Source of the DNA: a bacterium
GTDB lineage: Bacteria > Patescibacteriota > Minisyncoccia > Minisyncoccales > CG1-02-41-26
Reading direction: 5' to 3'
Assembly (NCBI GenBank): GCA_030619905.1
Contig: JAUXAO010000001.1
Coordinates: forward strand, 119,051-183,050
Length of the DNA: 64,000 nucleotides
Below are positions 53,592 through 62,748 of this stretch, one piece after another. The position numbers and the translations under genes were made by a program. Under the pieces are notes generated by a model, which searched no databases, was not told the DNA's origin, and saw only the letters and a list, made by a program, of their open reading frames with translations. Each line of letters starts with the position of its first letter. Positions within the stretch are counted from its first letter, which is position 1.

Positions 53592-54722
53592 ATGAGAAAA
53601 AATTTCATTTTAGCTGTTGCTTCTTTGATTGGAACGATAATAGGAGCCGGGGTTTTCGGGATACCTTATGTAATGGCCAAGAGCGGAATTTTATTCTGCC
53701 TTTTTTATTTTCTAATTTTAGGAGCAACTGTTCTTCTTCTTCATCTCTTTTTCGGAGAGGTTGTTTTAAGAACCAAACAAAAACATCGCTTAGTTGGTTA
53801 TACAGAAAAATATCTAGGTAAAAAAGCTAAAGCCTTAGCAGCTTTTTCAACAATATTCGGAACAATCGGAGCTCTTTTAATATATATTATCCTTGGTGGT
53901 CATTTTTTAAAACTTATTTTTCCTTTTTCTTTGTCTTCATTTCAATTGAGTTTGTTCTTGTGGATAATTTTATCTTTCTTTATCTTTCTGGGAATGAAAT
54001 CAATTGCTTGGGTCCAACTTCTAATGAATGCCGGTTTTTTGGGAGCAGTTCTTTTAATCTTTTTTTACAGTTTTCCTAAAATTGATATTGGAAACTTTAT
54101 TCTAGCTGATTCAAAGTATATTTTTCTTCCTTATGGAGTAATCCTTTTTAGTTTAGTTGGTTGGAATGCTATTCCGGAAATCGAAACAATTTTAGTAAAG
54201 AAAAAGAATCTTAAAAAAGTGATTTTCTGGGCCATAGCTATATCCCTTTCTTTCTATTTCCTATTTGGCTTATTTGTCAGCGGTCTAACAGGACAAAATA
54301 CTACTCCAGAAGCATTTGAAGGGCTTATTCCTATTTTGGGACAGAAAATTATAATTCTGGGAGGAATTTTTGGTCTTTTTGCCATTTCCACTTCTTTTTT
54401 GATTTTAGGGAATTATCTTAAAAATACTTTGATTTTTGATTATCGTTTCCCTTATCTGTTTGCTTTTTTTATAGCTACATTTAGTCCCTTACTTTTGTTT
54501 TTAAGCGGAGTTAGAGAGTTTATTTGGGTTATTGCTTTTGTGGGCACTTTTATAGGTTTGATTGAGGGAACAATAATTATTCTGGTTTATAAAAAAGCGA
54601 AAAAACAAGGAGATAAAATGCCGGGGTATAATTTGAAAATTCCTCGATATATTCCTTATTTTATAATGATAGTTTTAGTTTTAGGGGCAATAGCCCAAAC
54701 TATTTATTATCTTATCTCATAA
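53592..54722 (+). CDS. Amino-acid permease (aromatic/neutral amino-acid transporter family)
   Basis: About 11 TM helices; N-terminal ASLIGTIIGAGVFGIPYVMAKSG motif. Confidence 0.65.
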   Translation: MRKNFILAVASLIGTIIGAGVFGIPYVMAKSGILFCLFYFLILGATVLLLHLFFGEVVLRTKQKHRLVGYTEKYLGKKAKALAAFSTIFGTIGALLIYIILGGHFLKLIFPFSLSSFQLSLFLWIILSFFIFLGMKSIAWVQLLMNAGFLGAVLLIFFYSFPKIDIGNFILADSKYIFLPYGVILFSLVGWNAIPEIETILVKKKNLKKVIFWAIAISLSFYFLFGLFVSGLTGQNTTPEAFEGLIPILGQKIIILGGIFGLFAISTSFLILGNYLKNTLIFDYRFPYLFAFFIATFSPLLLFLSGVREFIWVIAFVGTFIGLIEGTIIILVYKKAKKQGDKMPGYNLKIPRYIPYFIMIVLVLGAIAQTIYYLIS

Positions 54723-54725
54723 AGT

Positions 54726-55988
54726 ATGAAATTTATTGCTGATTTCCATATTCATTCAAAATATTCAAGAGCTACCTCTCCTAATATGGATTTAGAACAC
54801 CTTGATAAAGTAGCAAGAATCAAAGGGATCGAGGTTCTTGGAACAGGAGATTTTACTCATCCTGAGTGGTTCGACAATTTAAAGGAAAAACTTGAACCAG
54901 CTGAACCTGGATTATTCAGGATCAAAAATCAGGAATCAAAAGTAAAGAATAACGAGACAAGGTTTATTTTAACTTCAGAGATTAGTTGTATCTATCCAAA
55001 AAAGAACAAGGTCAGGAAAATCCATGTTCTAATTTTCGCCCCTGATTTTCAAACGGTTGAGAAAATAAACACCCAGCTTGGTTGGATAGGAAATTTGAAA
55101 GCTGATGGTAGACCCATATTAGGACTTGATGCTAAAGAATTAGCAAAAATTGTTCTAAATATCTCTGAGGACTGTTTAATTGTTCCTGCCCATTTAATGA
55201 CTCCTTGGTTTAGTTTATTTGGTTCAAAATCTGGCTTTGATTCTTTAGAAGAATGTTTTGAGGATTATTCAAAATATATTTTTGCTGGTGAAACAGGACT
55301 CTCTGCAAATCCAGTAATGCTTTGGCGGATGCCTGATGGTCGGAAAATTACTCTAATATCAAATTCGGATGCTCATTCTCCTCAGAAAATAGGTAGGGAA
55401 GCAAATGTTTTTGATACCGGACTGAGCTATTTAGCAATAACCGATGTAATAAAATCAAAAGATCCTCAGAAATTTCTTTACACTATTGAATTTTTTCCTG
55501 AAGAAGGTAAATATCATTATGATGGTCATAGGAATTGCGAAATCAGTTGTTCACTAGAGGAGACAAAAAAATATAATGGAATTTGTCCTGTTTGTGGTAA
55601 ACCTATGACCATAGGAGTTCTAAGCAGAGTAGAAGAATTAGCTGACCGACCTGAGGGATTTAAACCAGAAAATGCTATTCCTTTTAAAAGTTTAATTCCT
55701 TTAGAAGAGATAATTGCCGAGATATTAGGAGTTGGAGTGGGGACAAAGGGAGTAGAAAAAGAATACAAAGACCTGATTAAGAAATTTGGTTCAGAACTTG
55801 GTATCTTGCTTAATGTCTCTATTTCTGATTTGAAATCGGGAACTTTACCAGAAATTAGCGAGGCTATTTTAAGGGTAAGAGAGGGAAAGGTACATGTTGA
55901 ACCGGGTTATGATGGATTCTATGGAAAAATCAGAATATTTTCTGAAGGAGAAAAGAAAAAAGTCTCCGGTCAGAAAACTTTACTTTAA
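54726..55988 (+). CDS. Endonuclease Q (PHP-domain, deaminated-base/AP-site endonuclease family)
   Basis: FIADFHIHSKYSRATS..KGIEVLGTGDFTHPEW N-terminus, PHP histidines, and Zn-finger CPVCGKPMTIGVLSRVEELA. Confidence 0.8.
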   Translation: MKFIADFHIHSKYSRATSPNMDLEHLDKVARIKGIEVLGTGDFTHPEWFDNLKEKLEPAEPGLFRIKNQESKVKNNETRFILTSEISCIYPKKNKVRKIHVLIFAPDFQTVEKINTQLGWIGNLKADGRPILGLDAKELAKIVLNISEDCLIVPAHLMTPWFSLFGSKSGFDSLEECFEDYSKYIFAGETGLSANPVMLWRMPDGRKITLISNSDAHSPQKIGREANVFDTGLSYLAITDVIKSKDPQKFLYTIEFFPEEGKYHYDGHRNCEISCSLEETKKYNGICPVCGKPMTIGVLSRVEELADRPEGFKPENAIPFKSLIPLEEIIAEILGVGVGTKGVEKEYKDLIKKFGSELGILLNVSISDLKSGTLPEISEAILRVREGKVHVEPGYDGFYGKIRIFSEGEKKKVSGQKTLL

Positions 55989-55994
55989 TCTTAA

Positions 55995-56747
55995 ATGAAA
56001 AGAGAAGGAAAGTTATTAATTGGAACCTCAGGATGGGCATACAATCATTGGGAAGATATATTTTATCCCGAAGAGTTAAATGATAAGGATAGACTTAAAT
56101 ATTTTTCAAAATATTTTAAAACTGCTGAAATAAATTACTCTTTTTATCGTTTACCTCGGCCGGAAATTTACCAAAAATGGTATCAGGAAACTCCGGCTGA
56201 TTTTATTTTTAGCGTCAAAGCCAGCCGCTTTACCACCCATATTAAAAGATTAAAGAATATAGAGAAGCCCTGGAAGATGTTTTTAGAAAATACCCTAAAT
56301 CTAAAAGAAAAATTAGGACCAGTTCTTTTTCAATTTCCTCCAAATTTTAAAGCAACCGAAGAGAATATTAAAAGATTAAATGATTCTCTGAAGTTAATTA
56401 ACCGCTACAAACTGAAATATGCTTTCGAATTTCGTCATCAGTCTTGGTACAATAAAGAAACCTATAATCTCCTGAAAAGATATAATATTGCTTGGGTAAT
56501 AGCTGATTCTCCAGCTTACCCGAAAGCCGAAGTAATCACTTCTAATTTTGTCTACATTAGGATGCATGGCTCAAAAATTTTGTTTTCTTCAAAATATACA
56601 AAAAAAGAGCTTCGAGATTTAAGTCAAAAAATCAGAAAGTGGCAAGGACAAGGTTTGGATATTTATTGTTATTTTAACAATGATGCCTATGGTTTTGCTG
56701 TCGAAAATGCCAAAGAACTCTTGAAACTTTGCAAGGACTTGACATAA
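55995..56747 (+). CDS. DUF72 (YecE-like) family protein
   Basis: IGTSGWAYNHWEDIFYP start and FEFRHQSWY motif. Confidence 0.85.
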   Translation: MKREGKLLIGTSGWAYNHWEDIFYPEELNDKDRLKYFSKYFKTAEINYSFYRLPRPEIYQKWYQETPADFIFSVKASRFTTHIKRLKNIEKPWKMFLENTLNLKEKLGPVLFQFPPNFKATEENIKRLNDSLKLINRYKLKYAFEFRHQSWYNKETYNLLKRYNIAWVIADSPAYPKAEVITSNFVYIRMHGSKILFSSKYTKKELRDLSQKIRKWQGQGLDIYCYFNNDAYGFAVENAKELLKLCKDLT

Positions 56748-56817
56748 ATTGTACCTTTGATACGCTAAAAGTGTCTAAAATTTAAAGGTCAAGAAACTTA
56801 GAATTTAATTAAAAAAT

Positions 56818-57696
56818 ATGAAAAAAGTAATTTTAGGAATTTTAGTCGCTATAATGGTTTTGTCTCTCTCTGGTGTGGCTGGAGCAGGAAAGTTAATTCC
56901 AGTGGCAGACCAAGCAAATGAAAAAGCAAAAACAGACAACTCTCCGGCAATAGAAAAAACAGGAGATTATTTGGTTTTGACACCGCCTGGATTAGAAAAA
57001 GTTGTTTTTATTCACTATAAGAAAGGTTACGGAGGATTTTGTGACAATGACGGAGTTTGCGAGAAAGATCTCGGGGAGAATCCAAGTTGTGCAGATTGCA
57101 AGAAGGACAAAGACGAGCCAGAAGAACCTACAACAGCATGTTATGCCTTTTTGGGAAAATGGATAGAATGGAAAGAGTGGCCGGTGAATTATGTTATAGA
57201 CCCAGATAATCCAGATGGACTAGCGGAAGACTTTGTGACTAATGCCATATTTTTAGGGGCAGAAGAATGGGACTCATATACAGGTGCAGAGCTCTTTGGA
57301 ACTTATTCCATAGATTACAGTTCAAGTTGGGATAGCGATGCTCCTGATGGTAGGAATGAGTTGTTATTCGGAGATTACCCAAAAGATGGGGTAATAGCCG
57401 TAGCAATAATATGGGGATATTTTACAGGACCACCTAGCTCAAGAGGAATTGTTGAATTTGATGTATTATTCGATACTGACTTTACTTGGGGAGATGGTGC
57501 CCTAAATCCAGCAGTAATGGATTTACAAAATATAGCTACCCATGAGATTGGGCATGGTGTTGGTTTAGCTGACTTATATAATACAGTTTGTTTAGACGAA
57601 ACAATGTACGGTTACTCTAATTATGGTGATACAAAGAAAAGAGATTTAAATACTGGGGATATTACGGGAATTCAAGAATTATACGGCGGATTTTAA
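56818..57696 (+). CDS. Secreted metzincin metalloprotease (matrixin/snapalysin-like)
   Basis: Signal peptide. Zinc motif HEIGHGVGLAD (HExxHxxGxxD, Asp as third ligand as in snapalysin-type enzymes), followed by Met-turn candidate ETMYGY. Cys-containing pro-region CDNDGVCEKDLGENPSCADC. Confidence 0.8.
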   Translation: MKKVILGILVAIMVLSLSGVAGAGKLIPVADQANEKAKTDNSPAIEKTGDYLVLTPPGLEKVVFIHYKKGYGGFCDNDGVCEKDLGENPSCADCKKDKDEPEEPTTACYAFLGKWIEWKEWPVNYVIDPDNPDGLAEDFVTNAIFLGAEEWDSYTGAELFGTYSIDYSSSWDSDAPDGRNELLFGDYPKDGVIAVAIIWGYFTGPPSSRGIVEFDVLFDTDFTWGDGALNPAVMDLQNIATHEIGHGVGLADLYNTVCLDETMYGYSNYGDTKKRDLNTGDITGIQELYGGF

Positions 57697-57789
57697 TTCT
57701 TGAATATAGAATAATTTAAGCATAAACTAAGACAAAATCTCTCAAACTGAGGGGTTTTGTTTTGGAAGAAAGGGATATAAAATAAGAAT

Positions 57790-58695
57790 ATGATGAAACT
57801 GAGAGGGTCTATTCAGACTCCAATATTAATAATAGTTATTATATCTTTTTTCATCGCTTCAGTAATTATAATTTTATATAGGTCTGAAAAGATAGAACAA
57901 AAATCTGGGATTCAAGTGGAAACAAGAACAGAAATCAATTGGCAGTGGGTTGACAATCAAAAGAAATTATATGAATTAGACTCGAGAGAAATTAATTCGA
58001 TTCTACAAAAACTCAGGGAACGATTTGTGGAAGAAGAAAGATTGAAGGTTCTGGCTACTTTGCGACTTGGCACACCCTATCAGCTCGGTTGCTTAGGCGA
58101 AGAGTCAGGGAGGGATAAGGACCCTCTCTTTAGGTTGGATGTCACTGACTGCACTGCCTTTATCCTAACTAATATTGCTTTACTTCACTCCAAAGATTTG
58201 GAAGAAGCCCAAGAAATGATGAAATCTTTGAATTATCGAACGAACAGAGACATAACCTTTGAGAACAGGCTTCATTTTACCATTGATCGTAATATGACCT
58301 CTCCATATTTTCGCGATATTACTGAAGAAATTGTAGGTATGGATAAAGTGATAGCAATAAATATAATTCTGAATAAAATTAAGGAAGATGACAACCGTTT
58401 AATAGATATTAATTGGGAAAAAGAGATGACTCTGAAATATATACCCAACAGATATATTACTAAAGACCTTATTGATAAATTACCTAAATCTGTCGGTATT
58501 GCTTTTATCAGGGAAGAAGATGCCCAAATAGGGCTGAATGTAGCCCATGAAGGATTCTTGTTTGATAATCAACTATTCTTACATGCTAGCTCAATAGAGG
58601 AAAAAGTCGTGGCCATAAACTTTTGGGATTATTATTTTACTGGAGATGATTATACTCCCAGATTTGACGGTGTAATATTCTTTGAAATAAGATAG
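57790..58695 (+). CDS. TM-anchored DUF1460-like (cysteine-peptidase/amidase-like fold) protein, tentative
   Basis: N-terminal TM; FRLDVTDCTAFILTNIAL (candidate catalytic Cys) and NVAHEGFLF (candidate His). Confidence 0.35.
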   Translation: MMKLRGSIQTPILIIVIISFFIASVIIILYRSEKIEQKSGIQVETRTEINWQWVDNQKKLYELDSREINSILQKLRERFVEEERLKVLATLRLGTPYQLGCLGEESGRDKDPLFRLDVTDCTAFILTNIALLHSKDLEEAQEMMKSLNYRTNRDITFENRLHFTIDRNMTSPYFRDITEEIVGMDKVIAINIILNKIKEDDNRLIDINWEKEMTLKYIPNRYITKDLIDKLPKSVGIAFIREEDAQIGLNVAHEGFLFDNQLFLHASSIEEKVVAINFWDYYFTGDDYTPRFDGVIFFEIR

Positions 58696-58700
58696 ATTAT

Positions 58701-58733
58701 TCACCTTTTAGATTTATAAAAAGGTGATTTTTT
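58701..58733 (+). terminator. Rho-independent terminator
   Basis: Perfect 9-bp stem tcacctttt / aaaaggtga, 8-nt loop, then a T7 run. Confidence 0.8.
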
Positions 58734-58753
58734 TGTTATAATACACTTATAAA

Positions 58754-59776
58754 ATGAAAAAGATTTTAAAATTTCTAATTGCTTTTACTATCGGTCTTTT
58801 TGTTTTCTTGTTGGTGATGAAAATAGTCGGTTGGAATAAGATAAGTGAAGCAATTATTCTATTTTCGGGTTTTGAAGGATTAATTATTATTCTTTTGACT
58901 TTTATTGCTGCCATGATAGGTGTTTTTAAGTGGAAATTAATTTTACAATCTCAAGGTTTAAATATCCCTACTGGAGAATTAGGAAAATTATGGTTGGCAG
59001 GTTTTTCTATAAGTTATCTTACTCCTGTTAGTCTTTTGGGAGGTGAGGCATTTCAAGTCTATTTTTTGAGAAAGAAATTTAATCTTAGCTGGGAAAAAAG
59101 TGCCGCTTCGGTTATCATTAGGAGGATTTTGGGAGGGACATTTTTTCTTATCTTTTTAGTGGCTGGGATTTCAGCCTTTTGTTTCTATGGCTATTTTCCT
59201 TCAAAAATGATGATTTGGTTTGTTCTCTTGGTAACCGGAGGATTACTCGGCTTACTTTCATTTTTTTATTTTAGGGTTCTAAATAGAAAAAGTCTTTTAA
59301 AATGGCTTTTGAAATTTCTCAACATTAAAGAAGAAAAGATTGCAGATAATAAAAACGGCAAAATAATACTTGGTGTAGAGAAAGAAGTAATACGTTTTTT
59401 CTCACTAAAAAACAGGGCTTTTTGGAAAAGTCTGGGTTTGAGTTTTCTGAGATATTTTCTACTTTTCTTCAGAGCTACTCTTTTAATTTTCTTCTTAGGT
59501 GAAGGAATTGAAGTCTTAAAAGTTTTAGCTGTTTATGGTTTTGCTAATTTTGCTTTAATTTTCCCCTTACCAGCTGCCCTGGGGAGCATGGAAGCAGCTT
59601 GTGCTTTTAGTTTTAATGCTTTAAGAATTGGAGCGGGCCAAGGGGTAATTTTCGCTATGAGTTGGCGCGCCGCGGATCTATTTCTTTGTCTATTCGGACT
59701 TATCTTCGGAATTAAGTTCGGCTTGAATTTAGCTGAAAGAAAATTATTAGATTTCATCGATAAACTGAAAAAATAA
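58754..59776 (+). CDS. Flippase-like / lysylphosphatidylglycerol-synthase TM-region family membrane protein
   Basis: Eight predicted TM helices with no soluble domain. The pattern resembles the UPF0104 family. Confidence 0.5.
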   Translation: MKKILKFLIAFTIGLFVFLLVMKIVGWNKISEAIILFSGFEGLIIILLTFIAAMIGVFKWKLILQSQGLNIPTGELGKLWLAGFSISYLTPVSLLGGEAFQVYFLRKKFNLSWEKSAASVIIRRILGGTFFLIFLVAGISAFCFYGYFPSKMMIWFVLLVTGGLLGLLSFFYFRVLNRKSLLKWLLKFLNIKEEKIADNKNGKIILGVEKEVIRFFSLKNRAFWKSLGLSFLRYFLLFFRATLLIFFLGEGIEVLKVLAVYGFANFALIFPLPAALGSMEAACAFSFNALRIGAGQGVIFAMSWRAADLFLCLFGLIFGIKFGLNLAERKLLDFIDKLKK

Positions 59777-59787
59777 TTCGTAGGGAT

Positions 59788-61509
59788 ATGAAGAATCAGG
59801 AAATTGCCAAAATATTCTATGAAATAGCTGATTATTTAGAGATGGAGGAAGTGCAGTTTAAACCATATGCTTATCAAAAGGTAGCTTTGGCTTTGGAAAA
59901 TTTAGAAGAGGATATTGGAGAGATTTATGAAAAAGGAGGGGAAAAAGCTATCGAGGAAATTCCCGGAGTTGGGAAAAATATCGGGGCAAAGATAGTTGAG
60001 TATTTAAAAACAGGAAAAATAAAGTATTACCAAGACTATAAGAAAAAATATCCTGTTAATATGGAAGAATTGACTTCGGTTGAAGGGCTGGGTCCTAAAA
60101 TGGTAAGAGATTTGTATGGGACTTTAAAGATTAAAAATTTAAAGGAATTAGAGAAAGCAGCCCGAGGAGGTAAAATCAGAAGTCTACCGAATTTTGGACA
60201 AAAAACAGAAAAGAATATTTTAGAAGGAATTAAATTCTTAAAAAGAACTGAAGGAAGGTTTCTTTTGGGAGATATTTTTCCTCAGGTTAAAAAGATTGAA
60301 TCTGATTTAAGGAGTTTAAAGGAAGTTGAAGAGGTTAGTATTTGCGGCTCAGTTAGGAGAATGAAAGAGACAATTGGAGATGTTGATTTCTTGGTAGTAA
60401 CAAAAAGTCCAGAAAAAGTGATGGACTTTTTTTGTTCCCAGCCAGATATTATCAAAATCTGGAGCAAAGGTTTAACAAAATCTTCCATAAGATTAAAGCA
60501 AGGATTTGACGTGGATTTACGGGTAGTACCTCAAAGGTCTTATGGAAGTGCTTTACAATACTTTACTGGTTCTAAAGAACATAATATTCACTTAAGAAAA
60601 ATCGCTATTAATAAAGGTTTTAAACTTAATGAGTATGGACTTTTCCGCGGCTTAAAAATAATAACAGGAAGGACCGAAGAAGGAATTTATAAGGCCCTAG
60701 GAATGAACTGCCCTCCTCCAGAACTAAGAGAGAATCGAGGAGAAATTGAATCTGCTCTTAGGAACAAGTTACCTGTATTGATCCAATTAGCAGATATAAA
60801 GGGGGATTTACACTGTCATTCAAATTGGAACGGAGGGAGCAATTCGATTTTAGAAATGGCTAAAGCGGCAATGAGTTTGGGTTATGAATATCTTGGTATT
60901 TCAGACCATACTAAATTTTTGAGAATAGAACATGGATTAAACGAACGACAGTTAGTCCAACAACGAAAAGAGATAGACAGATTAAATAAAAAGTTTCAGG
61001 CTTCAGGTTCTAAGTTTCGAGTTCTACATAGTGCCGAAACAAATATTCTGACAGATGGTTCAATTGATATAGAGGATAAAACCTTAAAAAAACTGGATTA
61101 TGCAATTGCCGGTGTTCATTCAAGTTTCAAAATGCCAAAAGAAAAAATGACTGAACGAATTATCAAAGCAATGAAAAATCCCTATATTAGAATTATTTCC
61201 CACCCCACTGGTAGAATTTTAAAGAGACGAGATGAATATCAAATTGATATTGACAAAATTTTAAAAGCAGCAAAAGAAACAAAAACTATTTTAGAAGTTA
61301 ATTCTTTTCCTGAAAGATTAGATTTGGATGATGTTAATATAAAGAAAGCAATTGAATTTGGGGTAAAGCTAGTTATTAATACCGATTCCCATCACAAAGA
61401 CCATCTAAAATATATGGAGTACGGAGTTTACCAAGCCAGAAGGGGATGGGCGGAACCATTCGATGTTATCAATACCCATTCTATTAAAAAATTACAAGAT
61501 TTTTTTTAA
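59788..61509 (+). CDS. polX: Family X DNA polymerase with a C-terminal PHP domain
   Basis: HhH motifs (IPGVGKNIGAKI, VEGLGPKMV), nucleotidyltransferase GSVRRMKETIGDVDFLV, and PHP GDLHCHSNWNGG..DHT..HP..DSH. Confidence 0.93.
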   Translation: MKNQEIAKIFYEIADYLEMEEVQFKPYAYQKVALALENLEEDIGEIYEKGGEKAIEEIPGVGKNIGAKIVEYLKTGKIKYYQDYKKKYPVNMEELTSVEGLGPKMVRDLYGTLKIKNLKELEKAARGGKIRSLPNFGQKTEKNILEGIKFLKRTEGRFLLGDIFPQVKKIESDLRSLKEVEEVSICGSVRRMKETIGDVDFLVVTKSPEKVMDFFCSQPDIIKIWSKGLTKSSIRLKQGFDVDLRVVPQRSYGSALQYFTGSKEHNIHLRKIAINKGFKLNEYGLFRGLKIITGRTEEGIYKALGMNCPPPELRENRGEIESALRNKLPVLIQLADIKGDLHCHSNWNGGSNSILEMAKAAMSLGYEYLGISDHTKFLRIEHGLNERQLVQQRKEIDRLNKKFQASGSKFRVLHSAETNILTDGSIDIEDKTLKKLDYAIAGVHSSFKMPKEKMTERIIKAMKNPYIRIISHPTGRILKRRDEYQIDIDKILKAAKETKTILEVNSFPERLDLDDVNIKKAIEFGVKLVINTDSHHKDHLKYMEYGVYQARRGWAEPFDVINTHSIKKLQDFF

Positions 61510-61550
61510 AAACACATCATCCGATATTAAATATTTCCATCTTCTAAACA

Positions 61551-61578
61551 AAAACACGACTAACCAATCGTGTTTTTT
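61551..61578. terminator. Bidirectional rho-independent terminator between polX and the convergent HTH gene
   Basis: aaaacacga / tcgtgtttt 9-bp stem with 8-nt loop, flanked by an A-run and a T-run. Confidence 0.7.
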
Positions 61579-61612
61579 CTTGTCTCTTATCTCTTGTTGC
61601 TTGTCTCTTATG

Positions 61613-61828
61613 TTATCCTAAAAAGATTTTTCCTCCTGACTCTCTTCTGGATTCAATTTTACGTAAAAAAAGTTCAACCTCTTCTAGTTTATAGATCCGA
61701 TAATTGTTTATAGGGTTGCGATATGCTTTTAGTTTTCCTTTTTTATCCCAATTTCGCAAAGTTAGTGGAGTAACTCCTAAAATCTTCGCTACTTCTTTGA
61801 TTGTCAAATATTTTTTCGAGATTTTCAT
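61613..61828 (-). CDS. Small excisionase/MerR-type helix-turn-helix protein
   Basis: YLTIKEVAKILGVTPLTLRNWDKKGKLKAYR..YRIYKLEEVE; 71 aa. Confidence 0.8.
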   Translation of the reverse strand: MKISKKYLTIKEVAKILGVTPLTLRNWDKKGKLKAYRNPINNYRIYKLEEVELFLRKIESRRESGGKIFLG

Positions 61829-61872
61829 ATTTTTTTACTCTTTATCTTATTAATGTTTTGTAGCTTTTATTA

Positions 61873-61961
61873 ATTTTATTCTTTTTTAAATAACTTGTCA
61901 ATCCTGCTTCTTAATTTTCCACAGGTTTTCTCTTGACAAATATATCCCGATAGCCGATAAT
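61873..61961. promoter_or_regulatory. Divergent promoter pair
   Basis: Minus strand: TTGACA (61901-61896), N17, TAAAAT (61878-61873). Plus strand: TTGACA (61933-61938), N17, GATAAT (61956-61961). The plus -10 ends 7 nt before the ATG at 61969, so that mRNA may be leaderless. Confidence 0.55.
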
Positions 61962-61968
61962 TTAGATA

Positions 61969-62400
61969 ATGATGAATAATAAATTAAATTATATTTCTTT
62001 AAAAGAAGCAGCAAATTATTCTGGTTATTCCCAAGAGTATTTGAGTTTGCGGGCGAGACAAAGGAAATTAAAGGCAATCAAAATTGCCAGAAACTGGGTA
62101 ACAACCAAAGAATGGATTAATGAATATTTTAAAAAAGTTGTCAAGGTTAAAAGGATTGGTAGAGTTAAAAATGGAAGAAAAATACATAAATCATATTTTG
62201 TCGTTCTTATTTGTTTAATAGTTTTTATCCTTAGTTGTGTCAGTGTAATCCTAACTTCTTCTTATTTTCAATCAGGGCCAAATTCGATTATCAGCATTAT
62301 TGCAGAAAATATAAAAGAACTGAATATCAAAGAAAATATTCTATTAGGGACAAGAATTATTGGGGATTGGTTTCTTAGTTTAAATTTTATTCAATTTTGA
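61969..62400 (+). CDS. Membrane-tethered excisionase-type HTH protein
   Basis: N-terminal YISLKEAANYSGYSQEYLSLRARQRKLKAIKIARNWVTTKEW, then a TM helix YFVVLICLIVFILSCVSVILT. Confidence 0.7.
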   Translation: MMNNKLNYISLKEAANYSGYSQEYLSLRARQRKLKAIKIARNWVTTKEWINEYFKKVVKVKRIGRVKNGRKIHKSYFVVLICLIVFILSCVSVILTSSYFQSGPNSIISIIAENIKELNIKENILLGTRIIGDWFLSLNFIQF

Positions 62401-62431
62401 TAGGTAATAATTAGGAAAAATAATATTTTGA

Positions 62432-62463
62432 CCTTGGAATTTGATAATTTCCAAGGTTTTTTT
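62432..62463 (+). terminator. Rho-independent terminator
   Basis: ccttggaa / ttccaagg 8-bp stem, 9-nt loop, then a T7 run. Confidence 0.75.
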
Positions 62464-62651
62464 ATGTATCGGTTATTAGTACATTTATTAATGTTTTATA
62501 ATCTTTTAATCTAATCTTATCTTTATTGAAGGAACTCCATTGTAAATGGAGACATTTTATTAAAAATAGAGACAAATTTTATATTTTTTTATTCATCTCT
62601 ATTATTTTTGTGTATCCTCTTTAAGGAAAAAGTTATCCACAGTTTAAGGTA

Positions 62652-62682
62652 TTGACTTAAATGATTAGAAATATGTTATAAT
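62652..62682 (+). promoter_or_regulatory. Promoter with an extended -10 (TTGACT ... TGtTATAAT)
   Basis: TTGACT at 62652-62657 and TGTTATAAT at 62674-62682. The 19-nt spacer is long, but the extended -10 would compensate. Confidence 0.45.
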
Positions 62683-62748
62683 GTTGGAATCGGGAAAAAC
62701 ATAGGGAATTTAAGCAATCTCGACCCTCGAGAATTCGATATTATAGCT

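Noticed and set aside
62533-62605. Additional hairpins (ctccatt-gta-aatggag; aatagaga...tctctatt) in the 62.46-62.75 kb spacer, considered as a small RNA gene
   Set aside because: The stems are short and AT-rich and no promoter is evident upstream. They are more simply read as secondary terminators or spacer structure.
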